A stretch of DNA of 63,123 bases, counting the filler, from Bipalium vagum (Eukaryota): assembly GCA_037834085.1 (NCBI GenBank). It is 3 parts of 3 records of this genome, joined end to end, with 100 filler letters (N's around TTAATTAATTAA, not from the genome) between each part and the next. Parts side by side here need not be neighbours in the genome. Positions count along the whole stretch, not along the records: positions 47,058 to 63,123 come from JBBMKC010128672.1; 2 more parts are not named here. The stretch is one strand, 5' to 3'. The notes under the pieces were generated by a model. That model ran no database searches, was not told the origin of the DNA, and saw only the letters and a program-made list of their open reading frames with translations. Position 1 is the stretch's first letter; every line of letters starts with the position of its first letter. A program made the translations under genes and the position numbers. Positions 49,991 to 63,123 of the stretch are shown piece by piece.

Positions 49991-52900
49991 TTATGGGTAC
50001 CCCTAATAAAAGAATAAAAATAATACAATTTTAATTTTTGAGTGATTATTACAAATTTTGGACAAAGTCAATATGGATTTTCCACAAACCAATGATAGTG
50101 GTGATATAATATATGAGATATTCAATTCTACTGTCGATATACCAGAATGCAATTCGAGAAGCTGGCTAAAATAATTTTATTGATGGGTGTTTCCTTTATC
50201 GGTTAGTTAACGGAATTAATAAAAATAGATATTTTGAAAATATGAGATATCGTGTAAATGAAAATCCATTTAAATTCAACACAAATTATTGAAAATTTTA
50301 AATGAATTGTATTGAAAATGAAACATAAAAACCCTTTAGGGAAAGGTGACTGATGTTAAATATTAACCAACGCTGGTAGAATCTTTTCTTGAATAATATT
50401 ATTATGTGCGGCAGTGATCAATAAAAAATTAATTCAAGTCGTTCTAAATAACTTTATGAAATTTTGTATCATCTCCTTTCAAACCCGAGTATTGTAATGT
50501 CTTTATTATTTGTTGAAGGAACTCAAAATGCAACAAATTATCCCTTGATAATTTTTTCCAAAATTTTTTTTCTTCCAAAATTTTTTTTCTTCCAAAATTC
50601 ATTTTTTTTGGATTTCGTTAATTTTTAATATTTTTTGAAATGGTTGATATATTTTAAGTAATATGTAAAGTTCAAAAGATAAACCTTAACATCTTAAGTC
50701 TTCAATTTTTCCATTTTCAAATTTAAACAAGTTACTTTTTCCCCATGATACGAAATGACCAAATATAACTTTCTTGGAAATTGTTAAAAAATTAATTAAA
50801 TAATAACTAGTGTAATTAATTTATTTACACTTCCTTGTAAAAAGTTCATAGAGGTTTCTAATATAAAAGTCAAATATATTTCAAAAGATTATATCTTTCC
50901 ATTCAAATATCTAAATTTCAAGAGAAAACGTATTTAAAATGCACGATAGCTATATATTATATTTTTATATACATCATCCTACTTATCTGTCCATAAGAAA
51001 ACCCTGAGTCGCGAAATGCGCCTACCTTTGAACGGTTTTCATTTGATAATTGATAGCCTCGTGTGATTTTTATAAATATCTTACTTTAGTATTATAAAAA
51101 TTAAAAATATGCCAAATTTTTGAATTTGCAATTTTCAAACCAAATAATTTTAAATTTGAAAGAATTTCATTTCGAAGTATAGTTAAACAACATTATTAAA
51201 CTTATTTCAATTATATTTCATCTAAAAACTTAAGTAACCTTTAATAAATACCTAAGGTAACGTAATATGATTATTCCTGCGTACAACTAAATGAAAAACA
51301 CACATCTTTATTTAAAAGTTGTACCCCAACACTATTCTACATGGAATTAAATTTTAAATTTGTGTACTGGTTTTAGTTACTACTGTTCTACAACATTCAA
51401 AAAACCGTTTCTGGTTATCTTTAACAACAAATCACTGAAAATTTTAAAGTATTAACTTTTTATGGACCGTAGTGTATATCATATTATAGTTTTGATATTT
51501 ATTTCACGGTAATATATCCTTATATCAATTTATTTCATAATTCTGTTTGGTTGCTATTTTTTTCAGCGCACTCTATATGGGTATTGGAATAATGAAATTA
51601 TCAGAAAACTAAATTTTTTTCAGAAAATTCAAAATTTCCTCATACTATTTTTAAAAAACTGAAAATATATACGACAAAAATCAGCTTACTGCAGTAAGAA
51701 AAGTATCGTAGTTTGAACAATTAATCTTTTCCATAATCCATACAAAAGCTGTATCGGATATCTTCTTCAGGAAAGCATCGTGGCTCTTTGGGAACAGTCT
51801 TAAAACAAAAATTCTGCAATTGAAAGATAATGATTGACGATTGCTAAAGTTCTTTCGTCAAATGCGGATTTTAATAATTAGCTGAAAAACAAACCCCGTT
51901 CCGTTTTCAATAAGAGTAACGAGATTTCGCATTTTATTTTTAAAATAATAATTCGTATATAATACTAACGGGTTTAGATGGTACTTGACGAATTGTGTCT
52001 GATCCGATTGTTTGATTCGGATGGATGTCATAGATTCTCTCTGGCGTCCAAAATAAAACACTCTGCTGACCAGAGGGTACAAACAGTAGCGATATGATTT
52101 TGACATGAATTCTTGAAGCCAGCTTTTCCAAGATTTATCCTAGATAAATTATATTCGCAGTTAATGCTCTTAGAGTTTGGTGTAGTTAACTGAAATAGAT
52201 TAACCTATGATTTCAACTTAATTAAATAAATTTAATATTTTTATCCAGTATTCGCTTATTATAATATATTTTTAATATTAATATTAATTTAATAATATTA
52301 ACTGTTTATTTATTTTCAGAATTAATCTGGTAATACAAATAAAAATAATATAATATTAATAAATATTAATAACTTTAATTAATTAAATTTAACTATTAAT
52401 AAGAAAAATAATTTTGAATTTTAAAAATGTTTCTTTTTAAAATTAAAAAATGTAATTTTTTATAAATGATATAATTTCTCATTAGTTGCACGAAATAAAG
52501 TTAAATCTGAATAAAATTTAGGCAATTAGAATAAATGAACATTTTCCTATTGTTTCAAGCCACACTAAAATACTTTGGAAATGAGAAACATGCCCTACAA
52601 TATCCCAGCTTATGGATGGCCATATGAAATACTTGTGTTAAATGTCATTTTTAATACCTTATAGGCCTGGGTTTAATAAACAATGCACGAGGCTCATAAC
52701 TTTGGGATGGTTGACTTATTAAGACTAGAAAGTGAAAAGAATTACACATTAAATTAAAGACAATTAACTTTCCTGGAACATTTGAAATGAAATTAGCAAT
52801 TAAAAAATCTATTTTTATCATTCTCATTAATAATTATATCATAATAATTTCATTAATATAATAATGATAAATGAATCTAGGATAAAGCCCTTTGATATCC

Positions 52901-54679
52901 GTAACATTAGCTTTAATTAAAATTAGTCTATTTCATGACGAAATCTTTTCGATTAATGTAAAAATATATTTTCATTTTAAACGCAAAATTTCCTAAAGTA
53001 AATTTTAATATTTTTTTCTGTAATTAATTAATTAAATTTTTCTTTAATCTTAGCAAAAATTGATTTTTGGATGTATCGTAATTTCATTAAAAATCTATTA
53101 TTAATGGAAAATATATTGAGGAAAATGTATTGGAAATATTAAGGAATTAAATCAAATATTGTCCAATCTTTAATTACAAAAGTCTGACTATGATTTGTTG
53201 AACTCAAATACGTGAATTAAAATTATATTTTTTTACAAAAATTATTCAATTATTTTTATTTTTTTATATAAGAAAAGAAAAATTATAAATATTTTTTATT
53301 ATTTAAATATTATTATATATTTCAATTAAAATTTTATAAGTTTTAAATAATTTCCTATTTCTTTTAATTTTTATAACATTTACGTATTTAAAAATAAGTA
53401 AAGGTATTTGGCTTAATTCTTGTTCTTGAAGAATTGTTAAAATGTAAATTTTTTGCAAAAATATTTTCACAAATATTTTTTCTAAAATTAACAAAATTAA
53501 TTTTGATGATTATTTTTTACGAATAACGAAGAAATGTATTTTAATGAATTTCCAAATTAATTCGACATTTAATCTGCTTGGATTGACATCTGTGACGAAT
53601 AATACTTCTGTAAAATTGATGAGGAAATTAAATAAAAATGAAAAATCATTAATAATTATTTGGCAAGACCTTAAGCTTATTATTATTTATGAAGAATTTA
53701 TTGTTGTTATCTTTGTTTAAATAAGATTACTGTGAAACTTTGGAAGAGTCTCTCACAGAAAAAAACCCTTCTTGTAATATTTTAAATTTTATGAAAAACT
53801 TTTTTAAAGAATTTTTAGAAATCGATATTTGATCCTAACTTATTTGGTTTTTTTCTACATGAAAATAAAATAAGTTTATAAATTATAACAATTAAGCTTT
53901 AAAATACAATTGTGCACCGAAATATTTTATCTGTATCTATATATTTCATGAGAACCTTTTTGTAATGAACAAAAATCTATATTTAAGTTCACAAATTAAT
54001 TTTGGTTTTATTCACAATACAGGGTTTGTGATGGCAAAATTTTAAAATGAATTGCCAAACACTGGAATATACAAAATATCGAGTTTATTTTTCATTGATT
54101 TGTTTTAATCTTCATTTTTGGCTTTTTGTATGACTATAAAATTCGAAAAATTTGTTGTCCTCTTACATTTTTGAAAAATTGGTCTAATTGAATTTACTTC
54201 GAACATTTTCGATTTTATCAATAACTTTATCAAAATCTTCAAAATAAATGATCAAATTAATCTATAAAATGCCATTCTAAGCTGCTATTTCCAAAGATTC
54301 TACATTAAATAGACATGTACATAGCTACATTTATTATTCTCAACCGATATTGCGGTTTCTGAATTTAGATGTTTAATAAAAAGAATAAGTAGATTGTATG
54401 AGTATCTTAAGGGTGTAAAGTTATTTAGTGTAGTCAATTTTATGAAGTTATAATATTTTGGATCAAAAGTAGATGACAGTTTTTAATGGGCTGTTTACCA
54501 CAATTGAGTAATTTAAAGGATTACTTTACAAAACTATTACATATTTCAAAATTAATATCAAGTAAAATGGTATGCAAAACTTACAATGAAATTCAGCCTT
54601 AATTAATGAAGCTGATAAATTAAAAGTAATTCATGGGTTAAAGGGAAATAATCTCTTAGATGATACAATGAATTCTAAC

Positions 54680-55400
54680 TACCGGTTTTCTTCAGAAATA
54701 AGACTAGGTCTTATTTTCGACGAAAACAGGATTTTTCTAACTTAAAGCAATATTGAAAATTACACCCTCTTAAAACAATTCCCGGTCTCCAATAACTGGA
54801 AACATCGAAAATTAAATTGAAAAGAAGACTAATTTTAATTTTTTAAAAATTTTTCTCATTTTATTTAGAGTCAGCACGGACATCATCATCATCAAAAAAT
54901 TCAAGTTTTCCACATTTGAAGAATACAAGATATCTTTTAGCCTGGTATTTATATACTCCTACAAATTTGTACCATTTTGAGATATACCGGAAAGTCGAAA
55001 GGATTTAACTACATCTATTTCTTGAATTTTCATAATGCTTTCAGAGACAAATGAGAAAATCTTTCACTATTTCGGCCTTTAATGATATCCGTCCATGGTA
55101 GATAATTTTTCGTCATTTAGAAACCGTTACTTCCATTTCTTTTTCATTTTAGCTTTAAAAATTGAATTTATCAATACATATATCAAGTGGCTGAAGATAA
55201 GAGGGGTACGTGGAAGAAAAAAAACAGTTTCACAATTATTTTTATTAAGAGATGCCGAAACATCTGCATTTTTATGAGGTTCATAGTTATCCATAAGTAA
55301 CACTGGCTCAGTATGATTATTATTATATAAGGTGTATTTATCCGCGTTTTCATATTTTATCAATACCGTAAAGATTTTAAGCTATCTAACTGACGTTGAT
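54680..55400 (-). mobile_element. pogo/Tigger DDE_1 transposase 3' remnant with TIR-like end
   Basis: LLMDNYEPH...VFFLPRT, QPLDIC and FKAKMKKKW. TACCGGTTTTCTTCAGAAATAAGAC end near 54680. Confidence 0.7.
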
Positions 55401-55479
55401 GAAAACTATATAATCAATTCTTTCGTTTCTTTTTGTGAAATATGTTATTTATTATATTTATTTATTTGAACTCGAAGGT

Positions 55480-55830
55480 ATTTTAGAAATTTTTGAAATA
55501 GATGAAAGTTCTTTCGCATATAAAGTGTAGCATCATAAAGTTCGAGATTCCTTCGGAGTCAATTTTGATATTTTCGATAATTCTACAAAAACTCATATAA
55601 TTCAGAAATAGAATATCAAGAAATTTTGCAGAAAAGAAATACAAAAAATGTATTGCCAATAACCGAAAATATAGTTTGTTCTGGTATAACTATAAGTATA
55701 TAGCGATGACTGGAAAGCCTTTAACATAATACAAGGAATAGAGTATGAACATGAAACTGTATAGCACAAATATTATTTTCGCAATCACAGTACTGGGGTG
55801 CATACTAATGGATTTAATTTTATGATAATT
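55480..55830 (+). mobile_element. Merlin (IS1595-like) transposase remnant
   Basis: FEIDESSF, YSDDWKAF and YEHETV*HKYYFRNHSTGVHTNG. Confidence 0.8.
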
Positions 55831-58800
55831 CATTCAATAATTTATGCCTGTATATATCAGATAAATAAAAAATTGGACTAATAAACTTTTTGATTTTTTG
55901 TTATATATAAATTTGATAAATTTTATGGCGCGTTTTCAACAGTTGATAAAAGTTTGGGTGTTTACTACACTTCATCTGATATATTTTCAGAAACATCAAT
56001 AAATCCATTTCCGAAAACCAAATAACATTAACCTCTAGAAAGAATTATAGTACAGCTTTACACATTGAACTTACTTCCAGGTTGTCCGGCCAATAAAGAA
56101 TTAATTCATTCTGCCAAAGCTCTCTGCTGATCATGAAGGTTGTGTCGGGAATATATTCACTCAAATAGGTTTCTTTCGCAAACTCTCGCGAACAATAATT
56201 CTAAAATAATAAAAGTCAACTATTTTTAAAAATATCCAATTTCTGAAACGACTAAACTTATGAATAACGAAATACAGGGTGACCTTTAAGTCACATTCCT
56301 ATTTAAAATTGAATAAAATGCTTTTCTGCTTTTATTATATTGTTTAATAAGGTAAGTAAACAAAAATAGAATTTTATTTTAACTAGTTATGAAGAGGGAT
56401 GTCGCATAAATAACCCCTAAAGATATAGACAATAATAGGCAGAAAATAGAGGAAATTAAGCAATCCTATTCATGTAAACGTTAATATAATGAAGACTTCG
56501 TATCATTGTATTAGAAAGAGACAGGTCATTCAATATTTTTAACAACTGTTTCAAACGATGCGATGATACTAAGTAAGCTCGAGCGTCAATTGATAAAAAC
56601 CACTAAGAACAAAAATCCAAATCAAGAGAATGCTTTAAGTTTCTCTGAAACATTTACAAAAAATCAAAAAAGATGAAACTATTTATTTCAATACCAGAAA
56701 AAGAGAAGACTTCAAGACTCTGAACAAAATATAAAGAACCCGCGAGGAAACTGGAAATCATTATTTTATCACATTGGAGATTACCGTCGTTTGAATGATT
56801 AGATATGAAGCCATTGAACAAGCTATGTGTATTCCATTGACATCCAATGTGGTTTGTCGTAAAATTTCAGATTTCCCTCAGACATTCTCAAAGAACATTT
56901 CATTAATGCAACACTCGCTTGAAGAAAGATTATGTGTCAGCTATCAATTCTTTGGAAACATACGAAGATACATGAATCAATTTGGCCGAAGAAGAAAACC
57001 TCATCGACTTTTAAAACAATCTAATTCACAAAATATTGTTCTTGCTGAACAATAATTTTAAGCTTTTTGTATGTTGATTGGCAACGAGAATCCTCATTTG
57101 TGTAATGTCTTCACCGTTTGGATCGTCTTATCTTTGAGAATCTATATGTTTGGCTCTGACAAAGTAAATCGAAAAAGAGAAGGACTGCTGCAGATGGTGG
57201 ATGATAAATGCGAACTTTCTTGTCGAATATCGATCCACACTTTCAACTAATTTGAACTGGAAAATAAGCTCGCTTATCTCATCAGAATGGAAATATTAAT
57301 TCTATTAAAACATTATGGAAATAAAAATTGGTGCCTCGAAAAAATTTGGCTCCATCTTAGTCAGCCACATATTGACAACACGAAGTGGCAAGAGCTCGAA
57401 GATTGCAATTGCTTTGTGATCACACAATACGGATAAAAATAATCTTATGTGGTGCAAACCAGGTTTTCATATTGTTTTAGCTGGCTCAACGGACTTAGAG
57501 TATGATCTTTTCCCTTGAAGATTATTTCGAAAATCTATTTTTCATACAGGTTGTGATTGTTTTCCAAATTGTTGATTTTTTGAGTTAAATAAATTTCCTT
57601 CATGTTATGTGGAACTGATATCAAAGCTTTTGAAAGTCTTTTCACATTAATTTAACGGAAAAGATATAAAAGGCGGAGAAAGTAAATACAAATCAGGTAT
57701 TTTTCGTCATTCTTTTGACAAAAAAATTTTAAAGATATTTAAGAATAGTTTAGTTATATTTTAAGTCTTAGAATAAACTTTTTATACGTACGTTAATTTA
57801 AATTTATAAAAATGTTATAAAATTATTTTGTTTAAATCAACAAAATATTTTTCATTACCTAAATGATTAATGACTTTTAAAACACGATCAAAGGAAGAAA
57901 ATATACTTCATTTTTTCGTAGACCATAAAGATCTTTATGCAAATTTCACTTTATTCCTTTTTAATCTCACTAAAGATACATTTTAATGAATAAGAAAACT
58001 CTGAAATTTTATTAAAAGAATTTCTTGTCTCATAAATAGTTAAAATAATTTTTTTTTATTATTATTTTAGTAATAATATTACTGACTCTAAAAAAATCTT
58101 CGGAAAGATGACAGTCAACTCATTGATTTTGTAGATAAACAGACTCTGGAAAGTGCACTTGCCATTTTTGGAGTAATTTGAATAACTATTAATTATTGTT
58201 TTAATCATTAAATATGTAATGGCCACATTTTAGAAAATATAAGAAAAAGAGTTTGGAAATAAAATGACATCAGATGATTATTTAGAATAAAATTTTTTTC
58301 ATATTTGAAGAGAAATGTACAACTACCACTTGTGAGGGTAAAGGTCAAAGAAGCCTCATTTCAATTTTTAAATAGATCTGAAATCTGAAACAGTTAATCA
58401 TAAAAATAATTCATTTCATTTTTTATTAAACTAATTATATATTTTCACACCAAGTACTGGTTTAATTGAGGGTTTGTAGAACGAAAATAAAAGAAACAGA
58501 TTTTTAGAAAAAAAAAGATTTGTCAAAATATTCTACCAGAGTTTTCCAATTTGGTGCATTGTCTTGATGAAAAAAAAATTTCTGGGCTAAAAAGGTCTTT
58601 TTCATAAATTTATATATATATTTAATTCCAAAGGTGTGTACGATATTCACCTGTTATTACTTTACCCGTCTGAAACTAATGAATAAAGAAACTGTTGAAC
58701 AGCTGAACAACCAGAATAAGTTCAGCCTGCAGCTTGTTGTGTCAATAGAGGAACATAGCGGTAAAATCAGATTTCATCAATTCTTTAAAAGTTATGTTTA

Positions 58801-58879
58801 AAATCCTTTTTATTTTTTTAGAAAAAAGCAAAATGTTGGGTAGATAGTTTTACTAAAAGATCCTTTTGATAAAAAAGTA

Positions 58880-59240
58880 ACAAATGTTGCATTCATCTTG
58901 CATTTATCTTTCTGAAGTCAAATTCCTTCTTCAAAATGCTGAGTACACACTCAGTTGAGATATATATGGCTTCAAAATTTTGAATCAAATTAAAAAATTG
59001 TCATTCATCAGCATATCACGTTTGGAATTAGTAATTTCTTGCGTTGTTACACTTATGCATCGTTCAGAACGATAATCATCTTCAATACTTTCACTCCCAC
59101 ATTGAAATATCATTGCTAATTGCGAAACATATATTTGATGGCACAGAATCATCTAATGCTATTACCATTCAATTTACATAGCTTTCAAACCTTTTTTCAC
59201 AATAAAATTGATAACAGAGCGATTTTTGATTTTTTTTAAT
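58880..59240 (-). mobile_element. Mariner N-terminal remnant (irritans-like)
   Basis: RSVINFIVKKG, ALDDSVPS and ESIEDDYRSERC; boundaries approximate. Confidence 0.55.
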
Positions 59241-60269
59241 TTGAAAAGCACGTCAACTGTAAACAGAATCAAATAAAAATTAATTTGACAAATGACCTTG
59301 AGATTTTGTATTCATACAACTTATAAATTATAGTTATAAAACTGGTTCAAACTTTTATATTTTTATTCACTAATATCTCCATAATTTAAATATTTATTTC
59401 TTACTAAATAAAATGCAATAATTAATTATAATAAAAGCATTTAAAATAAAATTATAATAACTTGTCAACATGGAAAAGAAAATAAACATAATTATATTTT
59501 ATCTTAAAAGGAAAATAATTAAAATATTTTATTGTCCACATAAAATGAGATTAAAATTTTATTTTTCAATTTGTTGAAAAATTAATTACGTTAATTACTA
59601 CTTATTAATAATCTATATGAGTAATGTAAAAACCTATTTATTTTATGTATAAATTTCCATTTAAATTAAAGTTTATGGGCTTCGGGTGAATTGTAATATC
59701 TGGAGGAGTCAACATTTTTCATTTTTAGTTTATCAATTATGTTACTGAAAGAATCATGACAATGGTTGTAATATTATATTTTTCGAATACTTAAAAATAT
59801 TATATATTTACCTCTTGGTATATTTGTTTTAAATTATTTACAAGCCACAATGTATCTTCAAAATCAAATAATTATCGTTATTGTGATCATAAGTGAAATA
59901 AAAACAATAAACAAAAATATAATTTTTTCAGTAAAAATATTTTTATTCATTGTTGAAATAAATAATTACTAAAATAATTAATAATTATTTCTTTTTTTAA
60001 CACACCATAGAAAAACTAACTTGATTACTGGTTGCAGATACAGCAAAAATTTTATTTTCCTTCTTTACTATAGATATGGTTTCATTGAAGTAATGCAAAA
60101 GATCAATAGAAGAGTCGACATTGTCTTCCATGACAATGATATACTGAGCAAGCTAGAAAGAAATTAAATCAAAGATTTCCATTTCAAGATATTAGTGATT
60201 ATCATCTTTAATATTAATAATAATAATAATAATAATAATATATTTTATTAAAAGTGATACAAATTTATT

Positions 60270-61083
60270 AATCAAGGTATTCCCCATTGTTATGGATAGT
60301 CTAAGTCTATTCTGCAGACAGTTGATAAATTCCATCTTGAAAAAAATCTTTCTGTTTGAAAGCCAAAAACTCCTCAATCCATTTCGTATGGCATCCGCTG
60401 ATTAAAAGTGTGTACCACACAAGGCATGCTGCATTGACCTAAACAAATGATAATCATTATGAGCAGTATCTGATGAATACACCGGATGCTCTAAGATTTT
60501 TCAGACAAGCTTTATTTTGATTTCCTTTGTTTTTAAAGCTAAATGTGACCAAGATTGTTCTGCAGCAATATATCACAGGTCGTTTTTCTTTCCCAATAAA
60601 CTGGTGCTTTAACTTCAAATGGTTACTCAACAGGATTAATTGGTTTTTTTAGAGATCGACAGTAACTGTTTCACCGACTTCCAACAGCTCATAGTATATC
60701 AAGCCCTAAATATCTCACCAAATGATTTGACTTTGCCACCGATGTTGATGGTTCTCTAGGACACACCTATACTTTTTACATTTCGGTTAATCAAATTGAA
60801 TCCATTTCTCATCTCCCGTTATGACTTTCCAGAAGAACGACTTTCAACCCTGTCTATTAAGAAGAGAAAGGCAAGATTTCATTCTGTGAATTTTATTGGA
60901 TTGAGTGAGTTAATGTTAGACACTGCTGGAACAAATTTTATGGACATTTCTGATTGATCTTCTTGAAAACGTGATGTCATATTAATAATTTATTTCAATA
61001 TTAATCGCAGATTGATATATTAAAACAACTGTATCAGTTATATAAAATAGTTACAACATTGCATTATTTATTTGTACACCTAA
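60270..61083 (-). mobile_element. Internally deleted mariner
   Basis: TIR TTAGGTGTACAAATAATAA ending at 61083 with TA. Motifs KVITGDEKWIQFD and HPVYSSDTAHNDYHLFRSMQHAL. Confidence 0.8.
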
Positions 61084-62956
61084 TAGTAATAATGAAAAAA
61101 TAAATAGTAATAATTATAAAATGATAATAACAATAATGGTAAATTGTTAATTGTTTTCTCTCAACAGTATAATTGTTTTTTGTAGTCAACGCCTCTTTTT
61201 AGAGTTATAACAGCTAAGATAAAATATATTTATTGTTAAATGAAAAACGTTTTCTCACGATCCATCATGGGTTTCTATTGATTATGCTCTTCCTTCTTAT
61301 CATTCGTATTTATATTAATGATTAATTCTAATTATTATCATAATGATCCAAGGCAATGCATTATTGATGTACTACATGAGATTTTCAGACCAGTTGTCAA
61401 AGGTTGATAAACTAAAAACCAATTTCAATTTCACGCTTTATACACTCTATTTGAACCTCAATTCTTCCTTTAATGTCTAAAAATAAATTCTTTTTATGAA
61501 AGAAATTATTATATCATCATATTATATCATCATTTCAAGATCCAGTATTTTTGAGGCTCAGATTATTTGATCATAATCTATGAACTAAGACGTATTACTC
61601 AATTTAAATATTGGTATCAGGGATCTGGTTTTGCAAACATTTCATATTTTATAAAATATATCAGACTTCATGTCTAATTAAAATCCATAAGATTCCTCTT
61701 TGATATCCTAACTTTAATTTTATTTTCTTTATGTTTCTCATTAAATATGCAGTGTTTTTTATTGGTATAATCTTAAAATTACATCAGATGGTGTTCATAA
61801 TTTTTAAAATTTTGAAAATATCTTTTTAGTTGAACATTTTTTTCTTTTAATGTTCTAATGCCTTCAGAACATTTCATTTCCTGATTTTTTTATTTGAGCA
61901 TCTTATGTATTTTATCTGTTTAAATCTTTCACTTATTGGTTAACATTTTATCCGTGATCTTGTATATATTTTAAAGGTTATAACTATTAAGGTCTGCCCA
62001 TTCACTTTAATGACCTAAGACCAGGACGCGATGGTATCGCTAATGGAAATTAATCCCATTTAATATTATGTGCCTAATGTCCTCTAAGTTTAGTTCCAAC
62101 AATTTAATTTAATTTAGTTAATTTTTATTACCTTATAAAAATATATAAAAATATAAATATTATTATGCTTGGTGCATGTTAAATTTATTGATTTAAAATA
62201 TTGATTTGAACAATTTTTGTTATTAATTTAATTTAATTTAATATTGAAATTTTGTTGGTTAAAATTATTAAATTATTATTTTAATTGTTTACTTAAAATT
62301 AAAACAGTTATTTAATTAAATATAGAAATATAGAAAAAATATCACACAAGTAATTTTATAAAATTTTGTATCAGATCTTCTCGACATTAAAACATTTATA
62401 AATATTTTACTTATCCTTCCCAGTTTCCCAAGCGAAAAATTTATAAAATAATCTTTTAATAAAAATATATAATATAAATCAATTTAATTAGCTCAACTAA
62501 GAGATTTATTAAAACAATTTAACTAATTTAATAATAATTTCTTTAACTCCATTTACCCTTGTAACGATATATGTCAAAACATTTATAACTCTTCAAAAAT
62601 GGGGAAACTTTAATTATCAGAAAAGTTTTCAATCAGTTATAAAAAGGAAGAAAAAGAAAAAATTTCCCCTGAAAAATAATTACCGAACAATGATGACATT
62701 ATGTTTCTTTATAATTAGAATAAGATGTCGCAATTTATTTGTTTCTTTTTCTGCCTAATTGAACATCTTCATTTTTGATCAGTCTCCGCAATGAAGGTAA
62801 ACAGAATTCATTTACAGAACATCAAGCAAAGAATCAAATTATGTAATCACCTGGATCTGCTCTCAGGTAGCGAAGCTACAAGAACTTCTATATATAACTT
62901 ATTTCTCCTTCAAAACTCTAACTTTTCTTGTTATTCTTACCTTTACTGTTTTCATT

Positions 62957-62957
<1 letters not shown>

Positions 62958-63002
<45 letters not shown>

Positions 63003-63052
63003 TATTAGTATTATTATTATAATTAGTATTATTATTATTATTATAACTATTC

Positions 63053-63123
<71 letters not shown>
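62958..63123. repeat. Long (ATT)n microsatellite running to the window end
   Basis: Near-perfect ATT repeats with occasional AGT/ACT variants. Confidence 0.97.

Noticed and set aside
61480-61660. Possible LINE RT remnant (LIPIFK...SKIL on the minus strand)
   Set aside because: Only two short motifs among many stops; too weak to call.
1-63123. CRISPR array, rRNA, prokaryotic operon or hammerhead ribozyme
   Set aside because: No regularly spaced repeat-spacer units, rRNA similarity or complete ribozyme core was seen; the sequence is intron-containing eukaryotic DNA.

Overview
Very AT-rich eukaryotic (animal) genomic DNA, most likely a freshwater planarian/flatworm. This is an inference from the composition, 38-49 nt micro-introns, dense and diverse mariner debris and (ATT)n runs. 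It consists of three contigs joined by two artificial 100-nt spacers (N44-TTAATTAATTAA-N44). Host genes: (1) a multi-exon SEC14/CRAL-TRIO plus spectrin-like protein (SESTD1-like) on the minus strand, about 6112-19108, reconstructed by hand from splice phases; (2) the large first coding exon of a netrin (28405-29506); (3) a three-copy family of orphan rhodopsin-class 7TM receptors: 38477-39486 (+), 44711-45728 (-) and a deleted pseudogene at 30886-31313. Once a 49-nt intron is spliced out, the intact receptor shows opsin-like residues at the K296, E113 and E181 positions, while its paralog has Arg at the K296 position. The rest is largely a transposon graveyard: many mariner/Tc1/pogo remnants and MITEs, a Buster-type hAT with perfect TSDs rearranged by a nested Merlin (IS1595-like) element, Polinton polB relics, an RLE-type non-LTR fragment, a probable LTR with PBS, and a tRNA-Ala pseudogene. 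All homology calls come from motif recognition by eye; no database searches were run.
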